The notes under the pieces: generated by a model
What the model was told of the DNA's origin: nothing
Database searches by the model: none
Seen by the model: the letters and a program-made list of their open reading frames with translations, nothing else
Position numbers and translations under genes: made by a program
Assembly (NCBI RefSeq): GCF_964355755.1
Contig: NC_092670.1
Span: 5,756,201-5,820,200 of the forward strand
Reading direction: 5' to 3'
Source of the DNA: Antedon mediterranea
Lineage: Eukaryota; Animalia; Echinodermata
Length of the DNA stretch: 64,000 bases
Shown here: one piece after another, positions 12,707-27,395 of the stretch
Layout of the letters: the number at the start of each line of letters is the position of its first letter
Numbering within the stretch: position 1 is the first letter of the stretch

Positions 12707-14373
12707 GATATTCGTAAATTCAGGTCATAATGCCATAATCTTTTTCCGTGTGCAAAATTCCAACGTATGACGTGCGCGTGTCGTTTGTCGTGCGGATAAC
12801 TAACTCGTCAAAGTGACGAGTTCAAATCTAGTTTTTTTTTCTGTATTCTTCTTTCTTTCTGTCATTTTTGTGCAGAGCATATCTCAAAAACGTGTAAAGT
12901 TAACATTTCATAACTTTGTCAACATATGGGCATTCACGTGAAGTTGTGCTTTTTTATTTTTGAATGACGTCAGATTTGCGCAACATGACTTACGCGCGTT
13001 TTAACGAATTTCGCGTATTTAACATAAATCAAAAACCATATAACAATTAAAATTGAAACTTAGCAAAAGTTTAATTTATATTCTGCGCTAACTGACTGTG
13101 GGAAAAAAATGGCATGTTTCACACGAAGTTACGCGCGCACGCACGTTTAAAATTGAAAAATGCGAAAAATCAATTTCTAATCAACTTTCTACGTGTTTCA
13201 TGTGATTTTGAGCATGTAAAAAATTCCCACTCGCGCGCATATTTTTACGCGCGTGGTGCGCACGTAGCGTTGAAAACTATTTTTTTCGCGTGATTTAGGT
13301 TTTTCCAGCCTTTTCTAGTAATTTTACCAACTTTTAAACGATTTCGACTTAAAATCACGTCATACGAGCCCGTAGAATTGGATAATTTATGTGCGTTTTT
13401 TATGAAAAAGTTCAAAAATTCATCAAAATTTGTCAAAATTATACCTTTTTTTAAACAGTTGTAGTTTCTAAACTAAACGGTAAAAGTTGTTTTTATTACG
13501 TATTCTGGAAGATGATGAGTTGTAGATATCGTATCATGCATCAATATGGCTAACCGGACATTATGACGTCATCGTATGGCCACTCGAATATAAAATATAG
13601 GGATTTTTTCTCTTTTGTCATAGCGCATCACATTTAATAGAGCGCATCTCCACTTATCCGTTTTCCATTTTCACCCCGATTTTGATATTGTCTAGGTCAA
13701 TCAACTATCCTTTGCATGAGTTAAAAATATTTTAATTTTTATGACGTCATCATGCCTAAAAATTTAAATTACGTGTGCCTTTAATTTCATCTTTACAGTA
13801 AATTTTAATCTGTTATAGCTCGTACGAATAAAATGTGATAATCACGATTAAAACGTTTTCTGGAAGCTATTGGATTGTAGATACAAAATCATGTAAAAAT
13901 TTTGCCATTTGGATGTTTTGACGTCATCATATGGCCAGTTAAATAAGAAAAGTCGTATTTTCATCTTTTGCGTCATAATTCATTACATTTAAAAGAGCGT
14001 GCACCAATATTTTACGTATTTAAATTTCTTCTACACATTAATATGTTGTTGCCGAGATAATTTCCTTCCGAAATTGCAACCTTATTGTTTCATTTTGATA
14101 CCGTCTCCATGTTAAAAATTGAAATAAATGGCGGGTCCCGTAATTTCACCTATTCTACACTGTATATAATATATATATACAGATTATACTGTTTGTACTA
14201 TATACTATATGACACAAAATTGACCGAATTCAGCACTAACAACATATCATATTCATCAGTTCAGGTCATAATGCCATAATCTTTTTCTGTGTGGAATATT
14301 CCAATGTATGACGTGCACGTGGCGTTTGTCGTGCGGATAACTAACTCGTCAAAGTGACGAGTTACATGTCTAG

Positions 14374-15958
14374 TTAGTTATCCGCATTCAGCGGATAACT
14401 CCTTGTAACTGTCCTGGTTCTTTTTTTTCACATTATTCTTCGGTCTTTCTCTCTCACTTTTTGTGCAGAGCGTATCTCTAAAACGTGTTAACATAACATT
14501 TCATAACTTTGTCGACATATGGGCATTCACGTGAAGTTGTGCACCTCCTATTTTTGAATGACGTCAGAGTTGCGCAACGTGACTTACGTGCGTTTTTATG
14601 AATTTCGCGTTTTTAACATAGATCAAAAACCATTCAACAATTTAAATTGAAACTTAGCAAAAGTTTAATTTATATCTTGCGCTAACTGTATGTAGAAAAA
14701 AAATGGCATGTTACACAGAAAGTTACGCGCGCACGCGCATTTAAAATTTGAAAATGCGAAAAATCAATTTCTAATCAACTTTCTATGCGTTTCATGTCAT
14801 TTTAAGCATTTAAAAAATTCCCAAGCGCAAGCAATTTTTTACGCGCGCGCGCGCACGTAGCGCAAAAAAAAATATTTTTTCTCATGATTTATGTTTTTCC
14901 AGCCTTTTCTAGTAATTTTACCAATTTTTAAACAATTTCGACTTAAAATCATGTCATACGAGCACGTAGAATTTGATAATTTGCCCACGTTTTTGATGAA
15001 AAAGTTCAAAAATTCTTCAAAATTATGCCTTTTTTTAAACAGTCGTAGTTGCTAAACTAAACGGTGAAAGTTGTTTTTATTACATATTCTGGAAATTGAT
15101 GAATTGTAGATATTGGATCATGCATTAATATGGCTAACCGGACATTGTGACGTCATCGTGGGGCCACGCGAATATAAAATATAGGATTTTTGTATCTTTC
15201 ATCATAACTCATCACATTTAATAGAGCGCATCTCCACTTATTTGTTTTCCATTTTCACCCCGATTTTTATATTATCTAGGTCAATCAACTATCTTTCACC
15301 TAAGTTAAACATATTTTAATTTTTATGACGTCATCATGTCTAAAAATGAAAATAACGTGGGTCATTTATTTTCATCTTTACAGTAAATTTCAATCTGTTA
15401 TAGTTCGTCAGAATAGAACGTGATAATCATGATTAAAACGTTTTCTGGAAGCTATTAGATTGTAGATACGAATTCATGTAAACATTTTTCCAATCGGATG
15501 TTGTGACGTCATCATATAGCCAGTTGAATAAAAAAAAGTCGTATTTTCATATTTTGCGTAATAGTTCATCACATTTAAAAGGGCGCGCATCTATATTTTA
15601 CGTACTCAAATTTTTTGTACACGTTAATATGTGGTTGCTGAGATAATGTCCTTCCGAAATTGCTATCTTAGTGTTTCATTTTGATACCGTAGCCATGTTA
15701 AAAATAAGAATAAACGTGGGGTCCCGTAATTTCACGTATTCTACACTGTATGTAACATGTATACAGATTAAATACCGTTTGCACTGTATACTATATGACA
15801 CAAAATTGACAGAATTCAGCACTAACATCATATGATATTCGTAAATTCAGGTCATAATGCCATAATCTTTTTCTGTGTGCAAAATTCCAACGTATGACGT
15901 GCGCGTGTCGTTTGTCGTGCGGATAACTAACTCGTCAAAGTGACGAGTTCAAATCTAG
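14374..15958 (+). mobile_element. Uninterrupted type-B element (head TTAGTTATCCGCATTCAGCGGATAACT, tail ...GAGTTCAAATCTAG)
   Basis: Head and tail contiguous; 13-bp subTIRs TTAGTTATCCGCA / TGCGGATAACTAA. Confidence 0.85.
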
Positions 15959-17517
15959 TTCTTCTTTCTTTCTGTCATTTTTGTGCAGAGCGTATCTCTA
16001 AAACTTGTAAAGTTAACATTTTATAACTTTGTCAACATATGGGCAATCACGTGAAGTTGTGCTTTCCTATATTTGGATGACGTCAGAGTTGCGCAACATG
16101 ACTTATGCGCGTTTTTATGAATTTCGCGTATTTAACATAACTCGAAAACCATATAACAATTTAACTTGAAACTTAGCAAAAGTTTAATTTATATTGTGCG
16201 CTAATTTTTTGTACACTAAAAATGGTATGTTATACACGAAGTTACGCGCGCACGTGCATTTAAAATTTTAAAATGCGAAAAAACAATTTCTAATCAACTT
16301 TCTACGCATTTCATGTCATTTTAAGGATGTCAAAAATTCCCACGCGCCCGCAAATTTTTACATGCGCGGTGCGCATGTAGCGTTAAAAACATATTTTCTT
16401 TGCGTGATTTATGTTTTTCTGGCCTTTTTTTAGTAATTTTACTAACTTTTAAACAATTTTGACTTAAAATCACGTCATATAAGCACGTCGAATTAAATAA
16501 TTTGCGCGCGTTTTTGATGAAAAAGTTCAAAAATTCAGCAAAATTATGCCTTTTTTTAAATAGTCGTAGTTTCTAAACTAAACGGTGAAAGTTATTTTTA
16601 TTACATATTCTGGAAGTTGATGAATTGTAGATATCGAATAATGTATTAATATTGCTAACCGGACCTTGTGACGTCGTCGTATGGCCACGCGAATATAAAA
16701 TTTAGGATTTTTGTGTCTTTCGTAATAGGTCATAACATTTAATAGAGCGCATCTCTACTTATCCATTTTCCATTTTCACCCTGATTTTGATATTGTCTAG
16801 GTCAATCGACTATCTTTCGCATGAGTTAAAAATATTTTAATTTTTTTGACGTCATCATGCCTAAAAATTTAAATTACGTGTGGCATTAATTTCATCTTTA
16901 CAGTAAATTTTAATCTGTTATAGCTCGTAAGAATAAAATGTGATAATCACGATTAAAACATTTTCTGGAAGCTATTGGATTGTAGATACAAAATCATGTG
17001 AACATTTTGCCAATCGGATGTTGTGACGTCATCATATGGCCAGTTAAATAAAAAAAGTCGTATTTTCATCTTTTGCGTCATAATTCATTACATTTAAAAG
17101 AGCGCGCATTAATATTTCACGTATTTAAATTTCTTCTACACGTTAATATGTTGTTGCTGAGATAATTTCCTTCCAAAATTTCTATCTTCGCATTTCATTT
17201 TAAAACCGTGAACATGTCAAAAATTGCAATAAATAGCGGGTCCCGTAATTTCACCTATTCTACACTGTATGTGATATGGATACAGATTATACTGTGTATA
17301 CTATATATGAATCAAATTAATAGAATTCAGCAATAACAACATATCATATTCTTCAGTTCAGGTCATAATGCCATAATCTTTTTTCGTGTGCAATATTCCA
17401 ACGTATGACGTGCACGTGGCGTTTGTCGTGCGGATAACTAACTCGTCAAAGTGACGAGTTTCATGTCTAGTTGGTTATCCGCAACGAAGTTGCAGGATAA
17501 CCTCTTGTGATTGTACG

Positions 17518-17548
<31 letters not shown>

Positions 17549-20500
17549 TGGTTATCCGCAACGAAGTTGCAGGATAACCTCTTGTGATTGTACGAAATCA
17601 TCATCATCATCAACTTTTTATTTTTAGTTATCCGCATTCAGCGGATAACTCCTTGTAACTGTCCTGGTTCTTTTTTAGTTATCCGCATTTAGCGGATAAC
17701 TCCTTGTAACTGTCCTGTGTCTTTTTTGGCATTATTCTTCGATCTTTCTCCCTCACTTTTTGTGCAGAGCGTATCTCTAAAATGGGTAAACATAACATTT
17801 CATAACTTTGTCAACATATGGGCATTTACGTGAAGTTGTGCACCTCCTATTTTTGAATGACGTCATAGTTACGCAACGTGACTTACGCGTGATTTTATGA
17901 TTTTTTTAAATTGATCATAGATTTAAAACCAAGTGTAATTTTGTTTTGACACTTTGTGAAAATTTAAGTCATATCAAGGGCAAACTTTTTGTGCACAAAA
18001 AATGGCATGTTTTACAAGAAGTTACGCGCGCACGCGCGTTTAAAATTTTAAAATGCGAAAAACCAATTTCTAATCAACTTTCTACGCGTTTCTTGTCATT
18101 TTGAGCATGTCAAAAATTCCCACGCATGCGCAAATTTTTACGCGCGCGGTGCCCACGTAGCGTTAAAAACATACTTTTTCCACGTGATTTATGTTTTTTC
18201 AGCCTTTTCTAGTAATTTTACCAACTTTTAAACAATTTAGACTTAAAATTACGTCATACGAGGACGCCGAATTGGATAATTTGTGCGCGTTTTTGATGAA
18301 AAAGTTCAAAAATTCGTCAAAATCATGCCCTTTTTTAAACAGTCGTAGTTTCTAAACTAAACGGTGAAAGTTATTTTTATTACATATTCTGGAAGTTGAT
18401 GAGTTGTAGATATCGGTTCATGTTTTAATATGGCGAACCGGACATTGTGACGTCATCGTATGGCCACGCGAATATAAAATATAGGATTTTTGTATCTTTC
18501 ATCATAGCTCATCACATTTAATAGAGCGCATTTCCACTTATCTGTTTTTCATTTTTATCCCGATTTTTATATTTTCTAGGTCAATCAACTATCAATCGCA
18601 TGAGTTAAAAATATTTTAATTTTTATGACGTTATGATGTCTAAAAATGTAAATAACCTGGGTCACTTATTTTCATCTTTACAGTAAATTTCAATCTGTTA
18701 TAGCTCGTCAGAATAAAACGTGATAATCATGATTAAAACATTTTGAGGAAGCTATTGGATTGCAGATACGAATTCATGTAAACATTTTGCCAATTAGATG
18801 TTGTGACGTCATCATATGGCCAGTTAAATAAAAAAAGTCGTATTTTGATCTTTTGCATCATAGTTCATTACATTTAAAAGAGCGCGCATCAATATTTAAC
18901 ATATTCAAATTTCTTAAACACGTTAATATGTTGTTGCTGAGATAATTTCCTTCCGAAATTGCTACCTTAGTTTTTCATTTTGAAACCGTCAACATTAAAA
19001 ATTGGAATAAATAGCGGGTCCCGTAATTTCACCTATTCTACACTGTATGTGATATGTATACAGATTATACTGTGTATGACACAAAATAACAGAATTCAGC
19101 AATAACAACATATCATATTCTTCAGTTCAGGTCATAATGCCATAATTTTTCTGTGTGCAATATTCCAACGTATGACGTGCACGTGACGTTTGTCGTGCGG
19201 ATAACTAACTCGTCAAAGTGACGAGTTTCATGTCTAGTTTTCACATTATTCTTCGGTCTTTCTCTCTCACTTTTTGTGCAGAGCGTATCTCTAAAACGTG
19301 TTAACATAACATTTCATAACTTTGTCGACATATGGGCATTCACGTGAAGTTGTGCACCTCCTATTTTTGAATGACGTCAGAGTTGCGCAACGTAACTTAC
19401 GTGCGTTTTTATGAATTTCGCGTTTTTAACATAGATCAAAAACCATTCAACAATTTAAATTGAAACTTAGCAAAAGTTTAATTTATATCTTGCGCTAACT
19501 GTATGTAGAAAAAAAATGGCATGTTTCACAGAAAGTTACGCGCGCACGCGCATTTAAAATTTGAAAATGCGAAAAATCAATTTCTAATCAACTTTCTATG
19601 CGTTTCATGTCATTTTAAGCATTTAAAAAATTCCCAAGCGCGAGCAATTTTTTTACGCGCGCGCGCGCACGTAGCGCACAAAAAATATTTTTTCTCATGA
19701 TTTATGTTTTTCCAGCCTTTTCTAGTAATTTTACCAATTTTTAAACAATTTCGACTTAAAATCATGTCATACGAGCACGTAGAATTTGATAATTTGCCCA
19801 CGTTTTTGATGAAAAAGTTCAAAAATTCTTCAAAATTATGCCTTTTTTTAAACAGTCGTAGTTCCTAAACTAAACGGTGAAAGTTGTTTTTATTAGATAT
19901 TCTGGAAATTGATGAATTGTAGATATTTGATCATGCATTAATATGGCTAACCGGACATTGTGACGTCATCGTGGGGCCATGCGAATATAAAATATAGGAT
20001 TTTTGTATCTTTCATCATAGCTCATCACATTTAATAGAGCGCATCTCCACTTATCTGTTTTCAATTTTCACCCCGATTTTTATATTATCTAGATCAATCA
20101 ACTATCTTTCACTTAAGTTAAACATATTTTAATTTTTATGACGTCATCATGTCTAAAAATTTAAATAACGTGGTTCATTTATTTTCATCTTTACAGTAAA
20201 TTTCAATCTGTTATAGTTCGTCAGAATAGAACGTGATAATCATGATTAAAACGTTTTCTGGAAGCTATTGGATTGTAGATACGAATTCATGTAAACATTT
20301 TCCCAATCGGATGTTGTGACGTCATCATATGGCCAGTTGAATAAAAAAAAGTCGTATTTTCATATTTTGCGTAATAGTTCATCACATTTAAAAGTGCGCG
20401 CATCTATATTTTACGTACTCAAATTTCTTGTACACGTTAATATGTGGTTGCTGAGATAATGTCCTTCCGAAATTGCTATCTAATTGTTTCATTTTGATAC

Positions 20501-23500
20501 CGTAGCCATGTTAAAAATAAGAATAAACGTGGGGTCCCGTAATTTCACCTATTCTACACTGTATGTAACATGTATACAGATTATACCGTTTGCACTGTAT
20601 ATACTATATGACAAAAAATTGACAGAATTCAGCACTAACAGCATATGATATTCGTAAATTCAGGTCATAATGCCATAATCTTTTTCCGTGTGCAAAATTC
20701 CAACGTATGACGTGCGCGTGTCGTTTGTCGTGCGGATAACTAACTCGTCAAAGTGACGAGTTCAAATCTAGTACTTATTTCCTTCCGTCATTTTTGTGCG
20801 TCGCGTTTCTCTAAAACGTGTACACAGAACATATCGTAACTTTGTCAACATATCGACATTTACGTGAACTTGTGCACCTCCTATTTTTGAATGACGTCAG
20901 AGTTGCGCAACGTGACTTACGCGTGATTTTATGAATTTCAATGATTGATCATAGACTGAAAACCAAACATAATTTTGTTTTGACACTTTGTGAAAATTTA
21001 AGTCACATCAAGCGCAAACTTTCTATGGATTAAAAATAGCATCTTTCACAAAAAGTTACGCGCGCACGCGCGTTTAAAATTTTAGAGTGCGAAAAATCAA
21101 CTTCTAATCAACTTTCTATGCGTTTCATGTCATTTTGAGCATGTCAAAAATTCCCACGCGCGCGAAACTTTTTACGCACGCGGTGCACACGTAGCGTTAA
21201 AAACATGCTTTTTTCGCGTGATTTATGTTTTTTCAGCCTTTTATAGTAATGTTACCAACTTTTAAACAATTTCGACTTAAAATTACGTCATACGAGCACG
21301 TCGAATTAAATAATTTGCACGCGTTTCTGATGAAAAAGTTTAAAAATTCGTCAAAATTATGCCTATTTTTAAACAGTCATAGATTCTAAACTACATGGAG
21401 AACTTTTTTTTAATTACATATTCTGGAAGTTGATGAGTTGTAGATATCGAATCATGCATTAATATGGCTAACCGGACATTGTGACGTCATCGTATGGCCA
21501 CGCGAATATAAAATATAGGATTTTTGTCTCTTTCGTCATAGCTCATCACATTTAATAGAGCGCATCTCCACTTATTCGTAGTCGATTTTCATCCCGATTT
21601 TAATATATTCTAGGTCAATCAACTATCTTTTGCATGAATTAAAAAATTTTTAATTTTTTTAACGTCATCATGCCTAAAAATTTAAATTACGTTGGTCATT
21701 AATTTCATCTTTACAGTAAATTTTAATCTGTTATAGCTCGTAAGAATAAAATGTGATAATCACGATTAAAACGTTTTCAGGAAGCTATTGTATTGTAGAT
21801 ACAAAATCATGTAAAAATTGTGCCAATCGAATGTTGTGACGTCATCATATGGCCAGTTAAATACAAAAAGTCGTATTTTCATCTTTTGCGTTATATTTCA
21901 TTACATTTAAAAGAACGCGCATCAATATTTCACGTATTCAAATTTCTACTACACGTTAATATGTTGTTGCTGAGATAATTTCATTCTGAAATTTCTACTT
22001 TTGCATTTCATTTTGAAACCGTCAAGATGTTAAAAATTACAATAAAATACGGGTCCCGTAATTTCACCTATTTTACACTGTTTGTGATATGTATACAGAT
22101 TGTACCGTGTATACTATGTATATGACACAAAATAACAGAATTCAGAAATAACAACATATCATATTCTTCAGTTCAGGTCATAATGCCTTAATATTTTTCT
22201 GTGTGCAATATTCTAACGTATGACGTGCACGTGGCGTTTGTCGAGCGGATAACTAACTCGTCAAAGTGACGAGTTTCATGTCTAGTTGGTTATCCGCAAC
22301 GAAGTTGCAGGATAACCTCTTGTGATTGTACAAAATCATTCTGTATGATTTTTGTGTAACGCTTTTCTCTAAAACTCGCAAACATAACATTTCGGTAACT
22401 ATCTTAACATATTGACATTTACGTAACGTCGTCAAGCGAAGCTTTTCATGACGTTTACAATTGCGCAACGTGACTTACGCGCGATTTAACGATTTTGTCG
22501 TATTTAACATAGCTCGACAACCAAATAGCATTTCAACTTGAAACTTTGCAAAAGTTTAATTTATATCATGCGCTAACTTTCTGTTGAAAAAAAATTGCGT
22601 GTTTTACAGAAAGTTACGCGCGCACGCGCATTTAAAATTTCAAAATGCGCAAAATTAATTTATAATCAACTTTCTACGCGTTTCATGTCGTTTTAAGCAT
22701 GTCAAAAATTCCCACGCATGCGCACATTTTTACGTGTGCGGTGCGCACGTAGTATTGAAAACGTACTTTTTTCGCGTGATTTATATTTTTCCAGCCTTTT
22801 CTAGTAATTTTACCAAATTTTAAACAATTTCGACTTAAAGATACGTCATACGAGCACGTCAAATTGGACAATTTGCGCGCGTTTTTTATGAAAAGGTTAA
22901 AAAATTCGTTTAAATATGCCTTTTTTTAAACAGTCGTAATTTCTAAACTAGACGGTCAACTTTTTGTGGATGGCATATTCTGGAAGTAGATGAGTTGTAG
23001 ATATCGGATCAGGTATTAATATGGCTAACCGGACATTGTGACGTCATCGTATGGCCACGCGAATATAAAATTTAGGATTTTTGTATCTTTCGTCATAGCT
23101 CATCACATTGAATAGAGCGCATCTCCACTTATTCGTTTTCCATTTTCACCCCGATTTTGATATTGTCTAGGTCAATCAACTATCTTTCGCATGAGTTAAA
23201 AATATTTTAATTTTTTTTACGTCATCATGCCTAAAAATTTAAATCACGTGTGGCATCAATTTCATCTTTACAGTAAATTTTAATCTGTTATAGCTCGTAA
23301 GAATAAAATGTGATAATCACGATTAAAACTTTTTCTGGAAGCTATTGGATTGTAGATACGAAATTATGTAAAAATTTTGCCAATCGGATGTTGTGACGTC
23401 ATCATATGGCCAGTTAAATAAAAAAGGTCGTATTTTCATCTTTTGCGTCATAATTCATTACGTTTAAAACAGCGCGCATCAATATTTCCCGTATTCAAAT

Positions 23501-23519
23501 TTCTTCTACACGCTAATAC

Positions 23520-24188
23520 GTTGTTGCTGAGATAATTTCCTTTCGGAATTGCTACCTTCGCGTTTCATTTTAAAACCGTCAACATGTCAAAAATTGCAAT
23601 AAATAGCGGGTCCCGTAATTTCACCTATTCTACACTGCACTGTATGTCACTGTATGTGATATGGATACAGATTATACTGTGTATACTATATGAATTTAAA
23701 TAATAAAATTCAGCAATAACAACATATCATATTCTTCAGTTCAGGTCATAATGCCAACGTGAACACTTCCTTTTGTCCTCAACCTATCCCCTTAATGTTA
23801 ATGTTGCACCACTTGCGCGGCGGATAACCAAACTCGTCAAAGTGACGAGTTGTTGTTGCTGAGATAATTTCCTTTCGGAATTGCTACCTTCGCGTTTCAT
23901 TTTAAAACCGTCAACATGTTAAAAATTGCAATAAATAGCGGGTCCCGTAATTTCACCTATTCTACACTGTATGTCACTGTATGTGATATGGATACAGATT
24001 ATACTGTGTATACTATATGAATTTAAATAATAAAATTCAGCAATAACAACATATCATATTCTTCAGTTCAGGTCATAATGCCAACGTGAACACTTCCTTT
24101 TGTCCTCAACCTATCCCCTTAATGTTAATGTTGCACCACTTGCGCGGCGGATAACCAAACTCGTCAAAGTGACGAGTTACATGTCTAG
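23520..24188 (+). repeat. Tandem duplication of the terminal ~330 bp of a type-A element
   Basis: First copy stops right after the hairpin (GTGACGAGTT, 23851) without CATGTCTAG and restarts at gttgttgctgagataatt; second copy ends normally at 24188. Confidence 0.85.
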
Positions 24189-27100
24189 TTGGTTATCCGC
24201 AACGAAGTTGCAGGATAACCTCTTGTGATTGTACGAAATCATCATCATCATCATCATCATCAACTTTTTATTGGTTATCCGCAACGAAGTTGCAGGATAA
24301 CCTCTTGTGATTGTACGAAATCATCATCATCATCTTTTTCTTAATCTTCTTTCTTTCTGTATGATTTTTGTGTAACGCTTTTCTCTAAAACTTGCAAACA
24401 TAACATTTTGTTAACTATGTTAACATTTTGACATTTATGTAACGTCGTCAAGCGAAGCTTTTCATGATGTTTACAATCGCGCAACGTGACGTACGCGCGA
24501 TTTAACGATTTTCTCGTATTTAACATATGTCGAAAACCAAATAACATTTAAAAGTGAAACTTTGCAAAAGTTTAATTTATATCATGCGCTAACCTTCTGT
24601 TGAAAAAAAAATTGCGTGTTTTACACAAAGTTACGCGCGCACGCGCATTTAAAATTTCAAAATGCGCAAAATTAATTTCTAATCAACTTTCTACGCGTTT
24701 CATGTCGGTTTAAGCATGTCAAAAATTCCCACGCATGCGCACAATTTTACGTGTGCGGAGCGCACGTAGCATTGAAAACGTATTTTTTTCGCGTGATTTA
24801 TGTTTTTCCAGCCTTTTCTAGTAATTTTACCAAATTTTAAACAATTTTGACTTAAAGATACGTCATACGAGCACGTCGAATTGGACAATTTGCGCGCGTT
24901 TTTTATGAAAACGTTAAAAAATTCGTTTAAAATATGCCTTTTTTAAAACAGTCGTAATTTCTAAACTAAACGGTCAACTTTTTGTGGATGGCATTTTCTG
25001 GAAGTAGATGAGTTGTAGATATTGGATCAGGTATTAATATGGCTAACCGGACATTGTGATGTCATCGTATGGCCACGCAAATATAAAATTTAGGATTTTG
25101 TATCTTTCGTCATAGCTCATCACATTGAATAGAGCGCATCTCCACTTATCCGTTTTCCATTTTCACCCCGATTTTGATATTGTCTAGGTCAATCAACTAT
25201 CTTTCGCATGAGTTAAAAATATTTTAATTTTTTTTACGTCATCGTACTTAAAAATTTAAATCACGTGTGGCATTAATTTCATCTTTACAGTAAATTTTAA
25301 TCTGTTATAGCTCGTAAGAATAAAATGTGATAATCACGATTAAACTTTTTCTGGAAGCTATTGGACTGTAGATACGAAATTATGTAAAAATGTTGCCAAT
25401 CGGATGTTGTGACGTCATCATTTGGCCAGTTAAATAAAAAAGGTCGTATTTTCATCTTTTGCGTCATAATTCATTACATTTAAAAGAGCACGCATCAATA
25501 TTTCACGTATTCAAATTTCTTCTACACGCTAATACGTTGTTGCTGAGATAATTTCCTTTCGGAATTGGTACCTTCGCGTTTCATTTTAAAACCGTCAACA
25601 TGTTAAAAAATTGCAATAAATAGCGGGTCCCGTAATTTCACCTATTCTACACTGTATGTGATATGGATACAGATTATACTGTGTATACTATATATGAATT
25701 TAAATAATAAAATTCAGCAATAACAACATATCATATTCTTCAGTTCAGGTCATAATGCCAACGTGAACACTTCCTTTTGTCCTCAACCTATCCCCTTAAT
25801 GTTAATGTTGCACCACTTGCGCGGCGGATAACCAAACTCGTCAAAGTGACGAGTTACATGTCTAGTTCTTCTTCTTTCTTTCTGTATGATTTTTGTGTAA
25901 CGCTTTTCTCTAAAACTCGCAAACATAACATTTTGTTAACTATGTTAACATTTTGACATTTATGTAACGTCGTCAAGCGAAGCTTTTCATGATGTTTACA
26001 ATTGCGCAACGTGACGTACGCGCGATTTAACGATTTTATCGTATTTAACATATGTCGAAAACCAAATAACATTTTAAAGTGAAACTTTGCAAAAGTTTAA
26101 TTTATATCATGCGCTAAATTTCTGTTGAAAAAAAATTGCGTGTTTTACACAAAGTTACGCGCGCACGCACATTTAAAATTTCAAAATGCGCAAAATTAAT
26201 TTATAATCAACTTTCTACGCGTTTCATGTCGTTTTAAGCATGTCAAAAATTCCCACGCGTGCGCACATTTCTACGTGTGCGGTTCGCACGTAGCATTGAA
26301 AACGTATTTTTTTCGCGTGATTTATGTTTTTCCAGCCTTTTCTAGTAATTTTACCAAATTTTAAACAATTTCGACTTAAAGATACGTCATACAAGCACGT
26401 CGAATTGGACAATTTGCGCGCGTTTTTTATGAAAAGGTTAAAAAATTCGTTTAAAATATGCCTTTTTTTAAACAGTCGTAATTTCTAAACTAGACGGTCA
26501 AATTTTTGTGGATGACATATTCTGGAAGTAGATGAGTTTTAGATATCGGATCAGGTATTAATATGGCTAACCGGACATTGTGACGTCATCGTATGGCCAC
26601 GCGAATATAAAATTTAGTATTTTTGTATCTTTCGTCATAGCTCATCACATTGAATAGAGCGCATCTCCACTTATCCGTTTTCCATTTTCACCCCGATTTT
26701 GATATTGTCTAGGTCAATCAACTATCTTTCGCATGAGTTAAAAATATTTTAATTTTTTTGACGTCATCATGCCTAAAAATTTAAATCACGTGTGGCATCA
26801 ATTTCATCTTTACAGTAAATTTTAATCTGTTATAGCTCGTAAGAATAAAATGTGATAATCACGATTAAAACTTTTTCTGGAAGCTATTGGATTGTAGATA
26901 CGAAATTATGTAAAAATGTTGCCAATCGGATGTTGTGACGTCATCATATGGCCAGTTAAATAAAAAAGGTCGTATTTTCATCTTTTGCGTCATAATTCAT
27001 TACATTTAAACGAGCGCGCATCAATATTTCACGTATTCAAATTTCTTCTACACGCTAATACGTTGTTGCTGAGATAATTTCCTTTTCGAATTGCTACCTT

Positions 27101-27395
27101 CGCGTTTCATTTTAAAACCGTCAACATGTTAAAAATTGCAATAAATAGCGGGTCCCGTAATTTCACCTATTCTATGTATGTCACTGTATGTGATATGGAT
27201 ACAGATTACTGTGTATACTATATATGAATTTAAATAATAAAATTCAGCAATAACAACATATCATATTCTTCAGTTCAGGTCATAATGCCAACGTGAACAC
27301 TTCCTTTTATCCTCAACCTATCCCCTTAATGTTAATGTTGCACCACTTGCGCGGCGGATAACCAAACTCGTCAAAGTGACGAGTTTCATGTCTAG

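Noticed and set aside
17471-17720. Stacked palindromic repeats resembling a CRISPR array or integron attC cassettes
   Set aside because: The intervening sequences are microsatellite or poly-T, not unique spacers or ORF cassettes. There is no cas or integrase gene, the context is eukaryotic, and nested 5' ends explain the pattern.
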